NCBI GenBank assembly: GCA_041641305.1
Contig: JBEPYN010000001.1
Span: 96,001-160,000, forward strand
Reading direction: 5' to 3'
Length of the DNA: 64,000 bases
Origin: Nitrososphaerota archaeon
GTDB taxonomy: Archaea; Thermoproteota; Nitrososphaeria_A; Caldarchaeales; Caldarchaeaceae
Shown: one piece after another, positions 29,054 to 40,821 of the stretch
Numbering within the stretch: position 1 is the stretch's first letter
How the letters are laid out: each line of letters starts with the position of its first letter
The notes under the pieces: model-generated
Told to the model about the DNA's origin: nothing
The model's input: the letters and a program-made list of their open reading frames with translations, nothing else
The model's database searches: none
Position numbers and translations under genes: made by a program

Positions 29054-31377
29054 CCCACTATTCTATGCATGGCTCTAAGGTCTTTCTCAAATATCTTCAG
29101 CTCAGCGGGTATCTCATAGTTTATCTCGTCTCTGAGAGACAGATTTAGGGATTTTTTCTTGGACCAGACAGCTGAGTTGAACTGTATGATTGCGTCAGTG
29201 TATCTGGTGAAGGTTTTTGACCACACGGGTTTGGGGAAAGTCTCGAGATGAATAGATCTTTTGCCGTAGAGCCTTCTCCAGATGTAGTCTGTTATGAAGG
29301 GAGTGATGGGGGCAAGTAGCAGCAGAGTCGTGCGCAGGACGGTGTGCAGGGTGTAGAAGGCTGATTTCTGCTCGGATTCTGTGAAACCCTGGCCATAAGC
29401 ACGTGGCTTCGACATTTCAACATAGTGCGACGCGAAAAGGTTCCACAGAAACCTTCGCACCTCGTTTGATGGGATAAAGAAGTTGTAACCACGGTATCCG
29501 GCGAGACATGTCTCAACTGTTTTTGAGAGCTCCGCGAGAATCCACCTGTCCGAGGGGGTTAAAGTCGCCTTACTAGGCTTTGGAAACATGGAAACGTATT
29601 TTGCGAGGTTCCAGAGCTTTGAGAGGAATTTTCCAGCGCTAGCTATACGTGCCTCAGATATTCTAAAGTCCTCGCCAAGGCTCGCTTCCTGTGCGTTCCA
29701 AAAACGGAAACAGTCGGCGCCATATTTATCGAGGATGGGCAAGGGGTCTATGACGTTGCCCTTGCTCTTGCTCATTTTTTCGCCATGTTCATCGAGGCCG
29801 AGACCACTTATCCAGACCTTGTCAAAAGGTCTCTTCCCAGTCAGCAAATAGCATCTCAACACAGTGTAGTAGAGCCATGTTCTCACAATCTCCTTTCCCT
29901 GAGGCCTTATTGAAACAGGGTAAAGACTGTCATGAAGCTTACCCGTTTTTCTGTCACTTATCACGAAAAGGGCTGAGATGCTTGAATCCATCCAAGTATC
30001 GAATGTCCGCTCGTCGCCTCTGAAGGATGTGGAGCCACAGCTTGGGCAACGGTCTACGGGGGCCTTCTCTCTCCAAGGTTGATGATATTGGCCGTCGACG
30101 GATAAGACAGGAGTCCCGCAAGAGTCACAGTACCACACAGGCACCTCTGTCGCATAGTATCGCCTCCTCGAAATGGGCCAGTCAATCGAAACCGAGTCTA
30201 TCCAGTTAAGGAGAAGCTGGCGAGAATGCTCCGGCAAGAACTCCATCTCATGCGCTATTTTCCTCAACTCGTTTAAGAAATCGAGCTGTTTTAGATAGTA
30301 TTCGTCCATAGGGATTATCTCGATGGGTGTTTTGCTTCTTTCGCAAATAGGTGTTGAGTGAACTATATTCTCGGATTTGATGTAGAGACCGGCGTCTACA
30401 AGCTTCTCCACTATAGCCTTACGCGCCTCCTCAACCGTCAAACCCTCAAGAAAACCTGCATTTTCATTCATTCTGCCCATCGTGTTTATGACAATTTTTT
30501 CCGGGAGTTTAAGCTCTCTAAAGAGACGCACATCGGTGTGGTCGCCGTAGCTGCATATCATTACGGCGCCTGTTCCGAAGTCAGGTTTAGCCTCTGGCCG
30601 GGCAACTATTGGAACTTTCTCATTAAAGAGAGGTGTGAAGGCCGTTCCGCCATCGAGGTGAGCGTAGCGTGTGTCCTCGGGGTTATATATGATGGCTCTG
30701 CAAGCAGGTATCAGTTCAGGTCTCGTGGTCGCGATGGGTATGGATCCCCCGTTCTCGAGTGGAAACTTGACATAGTGCAGCACCGACGGCAAATTCTCAT
30801 ACTCAACCTCTGCATCAGCGATTGTGGTGCCGCAGACTATGCAGTAGTTGTTCGGTCTTGAGGCCCTGTAAATCAGACCTTTTTTCCAAAGTTTTACAAA
30901 GGTGCTCTGTGTCAAACGCCTATACTCGGGAGAGTCTGTGCGGTAAATGTTCTTGAAATCTCCGCTGAGGCCCAGTCGCCTCATTATTTCAAGCATCTCG
31001 GACTCGAGCTCGTCGAGAGAGGTTCTGCATAACTCGATGAACCTTTCCCGTGGAGTATCGCGTATTGAGATGCCGTATTTCCGCTCGGTGTAAATCTCCA
31101 CAGGTAGCCCGTTTCTGTCTATACCTATGGGGAAAAGCGTCATGTATCCCATCATGCGGGATGTGCGAGCTATCATGTCGATTTGGCTGTAGTGTGCAGC
31201 GGCCCCTATGTGCCAGGGCCTACCGCTTGGATAGGGAGGTGGAGTGTCGATGACGAATTTCTTCTTACGTGACCTGATGTTGAACTTGTAAATGTCTTCT
31301 TTTTCCCATAGACTTAGTATCTCTTTTTCAAGCTGTGGGTTCCATGCCTTCTCTTCTAGACGTGGAGACGACGCCAT
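29050..31377 (-). CDS. valS: Valine-tRNA ligase
   Basis: IDTPPPYPSG..HIGA, ATTRPE, DWPISRRR, DTWMDSS, KMSKSKGN. Confidence 0.95.
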   Translation of the reverse strand: MASSPRLEEKAWNPQLEKEILSLWEKEDIYKFNIRSRKKKFVIDTPPPYPSGRPWHIGAAAHYSQIDMIARTSRMMGYMTLFPIGIDRNGLPVEIYTERKYGISIRDTPRERFIELCRTSLDELESEMLEIMRRLGLSGDFKNIYRTDSPEYRRLTQSTFVKLWKKGLIYRASRPNNYCIVCGTTIADAEVEYENLPSVLHYVKFPLENGGSIPIATTRPELIPACRAIIYNPEDTRYAHLDGGTAFTPLFNEKVPIVARPEAKPDFGTGAVMICSYGDHTDVRLFRELKLPEKIVINTMGRMNENAGFLEGLTVEEARKAIVEKLVDAGLYIKSENIVHSTPICERSKTPIEIIPMDEYYLKQLDFLNELRKIAHEMEFLPEHSRQLLLNWIDSVSIDWPISRRRYYATEVPVWYCDSCGTPVLSVDGQYHQPWREKAPVDRCPSCGSTSFRGDERTFDTWMDSSISALFVISDRKTGKLHDSLYPVSIRPQGKEIVRTWLYYTVLRCYLLTGKRPFDKVWISGLGLDEHGEKMSKSKGNVIDPLPILDKYGADCFRFWNAQEASLGEDFRISEARIASAGKFLSKLWNLAKYVSMFPKPSKATLTPSDRWILAELSKTVETCLAGYRGYNFFIPSNEVRRFLWNLFASHYVEMSKPRAYGQGFTESEQKSAFYTLHTVLRTTLLLLAPITPFITDYIWRRLYGKRSIHLETFPKPVWSKTFTRYTDAIIQFNSAVWSKKKSLNLSLRDEINYEIPAELKIFEKDLRAMHRIVG

Positions 31378-31412
31378 ACTGTTGAAAAACGGGTTTTGCG
31401 GTTGTTATAAAC

Positions 31413-31721
31413 TTAGACTAAGCCGAGAATTTCCCTGGCCTCGTCGCTCATCCTGTCAGGTGTCCACGGCGGGTCGAAAACAATGTCCACGTCGACGCGT
31501 TCAACGCCTTCTACGAGGGTCATAATGGCTTCCTTCACCTGCTCGGCCACGAAAGCCCCGACAGGGCAGCCCGGAGCAGTTAGGGTCATCTTTACGTAGA
31601 CAGTCTTGTCATCTACTATCTTAACATCATAAACGAGCCCGAGATCAACTATGTTCACCGGTATCTCTGGGTCGTAGCAGTTCTTTAGAGCCTCCATAAC
31701 CTGTTCAACAGTCGGCATCAA
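31413..31721 (-). CDS. Fe-S cluster assembly factor (SufT/MIP18, DUF59)
   Basis: DPEIPVNIVDLGLVY, TLTAPGCP, FDPPWTP. Confidence 0.93.
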   Translation of the reverse strand: MMPTVEQVMEALKNCYDPEIPVNIVDLGLVYDVKIVDDKTVYVKMTLTAPGCPVGAFVAEQVKEAIMTLVEGVERVDVDIVFDPPWTPDRMSDEAREILGLV

Positions 31722-31788
31722 CTCGTATATTTATCCAGATGTATATAAGCATGTAACTACAACCATAAAACGAGGAGTAGGAAACATC

Positions 31789-32301
31789 ATGGCTGGGATG
31801 AAGGCAGCCATCCTAGTTGGACAAGAGTTCGAGGACCTTGAGTTGTTTTATCCCTTGATACGTTTGAGAGAGGCGAATTATGTGGTGGAGGTTGTGGGGC
31901 CTGAGAGAAAAACATACCGCGGCAAGCACGGTATCGAGATAACCGCCGATAAATCAGTTGAGGAGGTTAAGCCTGTGGAATATACCTGCCTCATCATACC
32001 GGGCGGCTGGGCTCCAGATAGGCTGCGAAGAGACCAGCGGGTGGTCCAATTTGTTAAGGCCTTCTTTGAGACAGGGAAGCCGGTGGCCGCCATATGTCAC
32101 GGACCTCAACTACTCATTTCGGCGAAAGTCCTCAGAGGATTCAAGCTAACCTCCGCATTAGCCATAAAGGATGATGTTGAGAACGCAGGGGCAATTTATC
32201 AAGATGCTCCCGTGGTGGTTGACAGAAACCTTGTGACATCGCGGGGCCCCGGCGACCTGCATGTTTTCGTAAAAACCCTATTGGAGACGATGAAAAAATG
32301 A
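31789..32301 (+). CDS. pfpI: PfpI/DJ-1 family protein
   Basis: FEDLE, IPGGWAPD, AAICHGP, VTSRGPGD. Confidence 0.93.
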   Translation: MAGMKAAILVGQEFEDLELFYPLIRLREANYVVEVVGPERKTYRGKHGIEITADKSVEEVKPVEYTCLIIPGGWAPDRLRRDQRVVQFVKAFFETGKPVAAICHGPQLLISAKVLRGFKLTSALAIKDDVENAGAIYQDAPVVVDRNLVTSRGPGDLHVFVKTLLETMKK

Positions 32302-33432
32302 GCAGCTACATCATCGAGGAGAGATACGACCTAGGGGAGCTTGTTACCTTCAAGCCAAACCTGCGACTGCCACGTCACCGTTGGTTTTTTCTTTAAAGAA
32401 GGCTTTTCCTCACAGTTTGTCAACCTCGTGATCAACCAGTTAAGGTTGTCGCGGGATGACTTGGTTCTTGACCCTTTCCTCGGCGTCGGTACAACACTGC
32501 TTACCTGCCGCGAACTCGGGATAAGCTCCATCGGCCTCGACGTCTCGCCACTTTTCGTCTTCATAACCCGTGTCAAGCTGAGAAACTACGACCCCGATGA
32601 GCTTCGCCGATGGAGGGATGAAATCTTCTCGATAAAGTTTGAAAAACCAGAGGTGAAGGTTTCGGGTTTTCTCCGAAACCTCTTTCCTAAACCAGTGTTG
32701 GAGGACCTCTTCTTCTTCAAAAACATCATATCCAAAATACCCGATGCGGAGACTCGAGATTTCTTCACACTCGCCTTGATGGTTGCAGCTGAGAAATCTT
32801 CATATATGATGCGCGACGGCGCTGTCATAAAAATCGTAAAAAATAAACCACGCATACCTTCTCTAAGAAAGGCCTACAAAATAACAATTAACAGAATGAT
32901 TGAGGATGTTGAGAGGCACCCGCTCACCGAAGCAACCGCTGAAGCCATGATAGGAGACGCCCGCCAAATGGACACAGTCGAGACAGAATCTGTCGACGCT
33001 GTGATAACTTCACCTCCCTACCTAAACAAGATCGAGTATACAAGATGCTACTGGCCAGAGTACGAAATCTTTTTCCCACAAATAAACCACACAGCATTGA
33101 GATCATACCTCTCAATGAGGCCAGATGACATCGATTACACGCAGTTAAGCAGAGATGCTCCACTCGCGGCGCAGCTGTATTTCGAGGATATGGAGAAGGT
33201 ATGTGGAGAGGTTTACAGGGTTTTGAAGGCTGGAGGGGCTGCGGTGATGGTTTTAGGTGGAGGTGTTTTTCCCGACAGGGTTATACAAGCTGATGTGGCG
33301 GTGGCCGAGATAGCTGAGCGATGTGGACTAAACGTTGAAAAAATTGTTGCAGTAAACAAGCGTGTGGCAGCCGTCGACCGTGTGAGAAAAATAGGTGAAT
33401 CACGGGAAAGCATCATCTATCTGAGGAAGTGA
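32298..33432 (+). pseudogene. Orphan amino-type (likely N4-cytosine) DNA methyltransferase interrupted by a +1 frameshift (may still be expressed)
   Basis: ATG 32298 gives MSSYIIEERYDLGELVTFKPNLRLPRHRWFFL then TAA 32394-32396; +1 frame continues KEGFS..DPFLGVGTT...ITSPPY to 33432. Confidence 0.8.
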
Positions 33433-34567
33433 AGACGATTTTTTCATGCAGCCCTCCTCTGGTGACTGTGTAAACACGGTTTCTCCAACGGATAGTGGGG
33501 TTGAGCCATGCCTTAAAGAACGCTGTGGCGGCGGCCGCGAGAATTGCTCCAACACCGATTGGCCATAAAAATCCGTAGAAAAAGCTTGCCGAATGTCGCC
33601 TAGCCTCCCATCCAACAACGGCGGCGGCCACGAGATATCCCGCTGCAAGAAGGAGGTAAGAACCAGTGAGAATGTTCAAGATTGGAACAGCCACGCTAAC
33701 CGTCGCAAGTATCATGAAAACCAGTAATGTTTTCGTCGGGTTTGAGATTCCAAGCGGCGTAAATAGGCGTAGCATCCCGTTCCAGAGGGAGCGGCTATCC
33801 TCGTTCCATGAAGAGATTACACGGTCCAGCGCCTTGAATATGCCCGTCTTTACACCATGGCGGCGAGCATGCAGAGCTAGGGCCCTGTCCTCTAGCAGAG
33901 CGTCGCGCACAACAGCATGGCCACCTATTTTCTCATAGGCCTCTCTTCTAAACAGCATGAAGCTTCCGAATGCAAAAGCCGATTGACCGCTCTGAACAAG
34001 ATGAGGTCTGCCGAAGAGGTAGAACCCTGTCAGGAGCACGGGCAGAGCCGCTTTGTGGAGAAAGCTATTGAATCTAAACCTTGGATAAACGCTTAGGAAA
34101 TCAAGTTTAAACGTTTTAGCGGCCTGGACAGCATCCCTCAAAACACTTGGGGCGAGCTCGGTGTCAGCGTCGGTGAAGAGCAGCCATACCCCGCTCGACT
34201 GCAGATAACCTACGTGACAGGCTTTGCATTTCCCCATCCAGCCCGGCTCATCATCCTCTACCCTAATCACGCGTAATCCCTTTGCCTCCATTTGCTTAAC
34301 GGCCTCCCATGTCCCATCAGTAGAGTTATCGTCAACAACTATAATCTCCTTCCCAATACATTCCAGACTCAACAGCGTCCCGAGAGAATCATGGATGTAT
34401 CTTCGCTCATTTCTTACGGGCAGGATTATTGAGACCTTGTCACTCAATTCTTCGGTACTTCGCGGAAGCTCTGGGATATCTCCGAATGACCTTTCACGGC
34501 GAAAGTGTATGATTAGCCACGCAGCGAGGAAGGCCGCCGCGGCTACTTGTGCTACTATCTCGATCAT
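33413..34567 (-). CDS. Membrane GT2 glycosyltransferase (CrtQ/HpnB-like)
   Basis: ILPVRNE, VDDNSTDGT, GWMGK, LLFTDAD, IGGH..LLED; N- and C-terminal TMs. Confidence 0.88.
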   Translation of the reverse strand: MIEIVAQVAAAAFLAAWLIIHFRRERSFGDIPELPRSTEELSDKVSIILPVRNERRYIHDSLGTLLSLECIGKEIIVVDDNSTDGTWEAVKQMEAKGLRVIRVEDDEPGWMGKCKACHVGYLQSSGVWLLFTDADTELAPSVLRDAVQAAKTFKLDFLSVYPRFRFNSFLHKAALPVLLTGFYLFGRPHLVQSGQSAFAFGSFMLFRREAYEKIGGHAVVRDALLEDRALALHARRHGVKTGIFKALDRVISSWNEDSRSLWNGMLRLFTPLGISNPTKTLLVFMILATVSVAVPILNILTGSYLLLAAGYLVAAAVVGWEARRHSASFFYGFLWPIGVGAILAAAATAFFKAWLNPTIRWRNRVYTVTRGGLHEKIVFTSSDR

Positions 34568-34624
34568 GTTAGATTCCTCTCTTTTGAATGCTTTTATACG
34601 AGGTTTTGCTAAATATCTATCGGT

Positions 34625-35200
34625 ATGTCAAGCGATTGGTGGTTTGGGAGAAGGCGGAGAAGGTTTAGCTTTTTCGAGGAATTTGATCGCATGTTTGAGG
34701 AGATGCAGCGTGAGATAATGGAGGAGATGCGCCGCATGATGGAGTATGTTCCCAAAGAGCTTGTAAAGGAGACGAGAACCCCCGAGGGAATAAGAAGGCA
34801 GTACGGCCCATTCATTTACGGATACTCTATATCAATAGGCCCAGACGGTAAACCGGTCATACGCCAGTTCGGAAATGTGGTGCCCGGTGCTCTGCCCCGT
34901 GGAGTAGAGGTGCGGCCGGAGAGAGAACCGCTTGTAGACGTGTTTGAAGAGGATAAAAACGTCAAGGTTGTGGCTGAGATTCCAGGCGTACGCAAAGAAG
35001 ACATAGACCTCACCGTCAACGAGAAAATGCTCACAATCAAAGTAGATACGGAGGAGAGAAAATATTACAAAGAGGTTGAGCTACCTGTCGAGGTCTCCAC
35101 CACGGGAGTGAAAGCAACCTATAACAACGGCGTCCTCGAAGTAACGCTGCCCAAGAAGCAGGAGGCTAAACCGCGTGGAGAGAAGATAAAAATCGAATAA
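34625..35200 (+). CDS. hsp20: Small heat shock protein Hsp20
   Basis: GPFIYGYSISIGPDGKP, EPLVDV, AEIPGV, ATYNNGVLEV, IKIE. Confidence 0.95.
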   Translation: MSSDWWFGRRRRRFSFFEEFDRMFEEMQREIMEEMRRMMEYVPKELVKETRTPEGIRRQYGPFIYGYSISIGPDGKPVIRQFGNVVPGALPRGVEVRPEREPLVDVFEEDKNVKVVAEIPGVRKEDIDLTVNEKMLTIKVDTEERKYYKEVELPVEVSTTGVKATYNNGVLEVTLPKKQEAKPRGEKIKIE

Positions 35201-35254
35201 GAGTAAATGTTACATAGTTAAATAACACATTTTGGAAAACACTATACGAAGCGA

Positions 35255-38189
<2,935 letters not shown>

Positions 38190-38240
38190 TAGACCAATCA
38201 TACATCTCCATTAAATATCCGGCGACCTGTGTTTGTCTCG

Positions 38241-38729
38241 ATGAGAAAAATATTAGTTGGGTTGCTGGTTTTGGCTTCGTTGGCGGCTGTCGTCGCAGGC
38301 GTGGGGGCCGCTTATTCGATGACACAGGCCCCTTTGCATCGTGGAGTCTTCGGATGGGACGATGGTGTCCGGGGAGGATTCGGGTGGAGAAATCAGACAC
38401 AGATGACGACATCGGAGTCGGTTCTCGAAGGCGTTCTTTCAGACGCGGATTGGAGATATCTCGAAGTGAGCTCAGGCGATGGTGTAACACGCATAGCTGC
38501 CCCTGGACTGTGGCAAGTAAACGGGGAAACGGTCACCTTCTTCAAACTCTTTGCCGAGGACCAGCTCAACATCGGTGACAACGTGCGAATAGTCGTGGTG
38601 ACGTTGACAGCGACTATGCCCAACGGCGCAACTTATACCGTATCATACGCCAAGCAAATCACGGACCTCACTACCGGCGTAGATGCTACGGCTATCCGGC
38701 CACAGCTTAGGCAGGGGACAGCCGCCTAA
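38241..38729 (+). CDS. Secreted hypothetical protein (possible OB-fold)
   Basis: Signal peptide MRKILVGLLVLASLAAVVAG; Gly-rich linker; beta-rich C-terminal domain. Confidence 0.7.
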   Translation: MRKILVGLLVLASLAAVVAGVGAAYSMTQAPLHRGVFGWDDGVRGGFGWRNQTQMTTSESVLEGVLSDADWRYLEVSSGDGVTRIAAPGLWQVNGETVTFFKLFAEDQLNIGDNVRIVVVTLTATMPNGATYTVSYAKQITDLTTGVDATAIRPQLRQGTAA

Positions 38730-38746
38730 CTCTCCCCATTTTTTCC

Positions 38747-39376
38747 ATGTTTTCGATAATTGTTAGGCTTGACATAATTTTTGAAGTTATAAGCTTCTTC
38801 ATCAGCATAGCGATATCTGCTGTAGCTTTGGCGGCTGGACGAAGGACAGGGTCAAGGTCGCTTACACTACTTGCCATCGGGTTCCTGCTAATGGCCATTG
38901 CCATGTTCATCCGCGTGGCATTGACCAGCTGGGCCCTCAACTTTCCCACATCAACCCCGCCTAGACTACGTATCCTGCCAACACTAGTGCTGCAGATACA
39001 GGAACTTGTTTACTCAGTTGTTAGGATAAGTGGCTACGTGGTTTTCCTCATCCTCTACAGCTCCTACTCATCATCGGGAAAACAGCCTCAAGCCATGCTC
39101 GCCATTTCTCCCGCAATCATCTATAACCCCTTATTCGAAGCAATATCCGCTATTCTTCTCGCCTTCGTGGTTTACCAGCTGGTTAAAAGCAGGGAACACG
39201 GAGGCTCCCCATATGTGTTAATCGGGTTCTCACTACTGCTACTCAGCCACATCCTCTTCCTCCTCCTTCCACTATCCATAGGCATCTATTTTTTGGCCCA
39301 ATTCACCCAGCTACTATCGCTTCTACTGTTTTTGACCGCGGTTCTCTCGGTGCTCTTGGATGGTCAAAGACTATAG
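38747..39376 (+). CDS. Multi-pass (6-7 TM) membrane protein
   Basis: Repeated hydrophobic helices; overlaps the wHTH gene. Confidence 0.75.
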   Translation: MFSIIVRLDIIFEVISFFISIAISAVALAAGRRTGSRSLTLLAIGFLLMAIAMFIRVALTSWALNFPTSTPPRLRILPTLVLQIQELVYSVVRISGYVVFLILYSSYSSSGKQPQAMLAISPAIIYNPLFEAISAILLAFVVYQLVKSREHGGSPYVLIGFSLLLLSHILFLLLPLSIGIYFLAQFTQLLSLLLFLTAVLSVLLDGQRL

Positions 39377-39635
39377 GTCCAAAACAAAGATCATCGCAGA
39401 CATTCTCGAATCCATAAATCAACAAGGACACGCTAAACCCACAAAAATACTCGTCGACGCAAACCTCTCATATGACAGGCTTGTCAAATATCTAGAGCTC
39501 CTAGTTGAGAAGAATCTTGTAGCACGTGTTGAGAACTCTGAAACGATGTATGTCTTGACCGAGAAGGGTCTGGAGTTTCTTATGGAGTATAGGAGGTTTG
39601 AGAGGTTTGCGGCGGCGTTTGGTCTACGTCTCTAA
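39360..39635 (+). CDS. Winged-HTH transcriptional regulator
   Basis: RSKTKIIADIL..TKILVDANLSY..YLELL..YVLTEKG. Confidence 0.88.
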   Translation: MVKDYRSKTKIIADILESINQQGHAKPTKILVDANLSYDRLVKYLELLVEKNLVARVENSETMYVLTEKGLEFLMEYRRFERFAAAFGLRL

Positions 39636-39805
39636 CCCTTCTGCTCGGTTCCCTGGCTCTTTCTCTTCACTATGCGTATTCTGCAGAGAAGCGAGTCGCC
39701 ATCCTTTATCTCGAAGATTTTTCTAATTTCCTCAGGTATGGTTATTCTTCCACCAGCAGTTACTTCTGCAAAAAACGGTATATCCTCTTCAGAAATTTCA
39801 ACCAT
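39632..39805 (-). CDS. AbrB/MazE/SpoVT-family DNA-binding protein
   Basis: VTAGGRITIPEEIRKIFEIKDGD; ATG 39805 after GAGGTGG. Confidence 0.85.
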   Translation of the reverse strand: MVEISEEDIPFFAEVTAGGRITIPEEIRKIFEIKDGDSLLCRIRIVKRKSQGTEQKG

Positions 39806-39846
39806 TTTTCCACCTCGTTTAATGCGGAAAGGGTTCAATATAATTC

Positions 39847-40809
39847 CTACTCTGTCTTGACAGGGCCGCCTACCTCTGAGACAATGGCTCTGTATCCGGC
39901 ATCCGTTACTCTCGATGCGACATATTCTGCGTCTTCGGGGAGGCAGTTGATGAAGACCGTTGGTCCGGTTTGCATAGAGAAATAGCATTCGACCCCCTCG
40001 CTTCTCATATCGTGGACTAGCTTGATGATATGCATGCTGTCGGCGGTGGCCAAAATCATCCGCCAGGGACCTGTGGAGGTGACGCCGTGAAGCTCGAGGG
40101 CGTCAAGCTCAACAAGTTGACCGAACCTTGTGAAGTCGCCATCTTTTATCGCTTCCTCGAGCTCGTCACATCTTTTCTGCGCAGCTTTTACCCTTGCCTC
40201 GAAGAACGCCGATTGTTCAGCCTCTCGGTGTGCGTCCTCCGTCTTGAATCCAAGGCTCAGAGGCACAACGACTATCCTGATGTCGAGATCTTTTTCTGTT
40301 GCGAAGTTGGCGGCGTAGGAGGTTTCGTCGGAGAAGCCTGCAAACCATCTGGCGTACCATCCAACAACGCTTCTGCAGGCGGAGCCGGCCAGCCTTCTCG
40401 CAATCCGGGAAACAAGCCTATAATCCCATCCATACATCTTATTAAGCCCAGCCGCTTTGTATGCGGCGGCAGCGAGAGCAGCTCCAGCCGATGAGCTGAA
40501 GCCAAGGCCTTTCACGCTCCCCTTCGGCATCGAGTTATGCGAGACCATCCTAAATCCCTCTTCTAAGCCGGCGAGCCTTCTCACGTGGTCGATAACCGCT
40601 TTAACCCTCTCCATCTCCCGCCCCTCAAGAACAACTCCATCTACCTCAGCCGTGTCCTCGAAGTCCCCGAACTCCACTTCAGTGACTGTGTTGAAGGCGG
40701 CGAGGTTGACGGATATGCTGTCGTGATAAGGAATTCTCAGCTTCCAATCTTTCAATCCGTGGTATTTGACGAGCCCCTCCATGGGATGTGCAACTGCCCT
40801 GGCCTTCAT
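39847..40809 (-). CDS. mvaD: Phosphomevalonate/diphosphomevalonate decarboxylase (GHMP)
   Basis: AHPMEGLVKYHG..PYHDSISV, GLGFSSSAGAALA, ARRLAGSACRS, QTGPTV. Confidence 0.88.
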   Translation of the reverse strand: MKARAVAHPMEGLVKYHGLKDWKLRIPYHDSISVNLAAFNTVTEVEFGDFEDTAEVDGVVLEGREMERVKAVIDHVRRLAGLEEGFRMVSHNSMPKGSVKGLGFSSSAGAALAAAAYKAAGLNKMYGWDYRLVSRIARRLAGSACRSVVGWYARWFAGFSDETSYAANFATEKDLDIRIVVVPLSLGFKTEDAHREAEQSAFFEARVKAAQKRCDELEEAIKDGDFTRFGQLVELDALELHGVTSTGPWRMILATADSMHIIKLVHDMRSEGVECYFSMQTGPTVFINCLPEDAEYVASRVTDAGYRAIVSEVGGPVKTE

Positions 40810-40821
40810 GTCCGGCTGTGT

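Noticed and set aside
29050-31377. ValRS HIGA instead of HIGH as a sign of inactivation
   Set aside because: All other motifs are intact and HIGH variants occur in functional class I synthetases.
32341-32390. ORF-track start MLPSSQTCDCHV for the methyltransferase
   Set aside because: Out-of-frame artefact; the family-like N-terminus is in the frame starting at 32298.
39632-39805. AbrB/MazE gene as a toxin-antitoxin antitoxin
   Set aside because: No adjacent toxin gene; more likely a stand-alone regulator.
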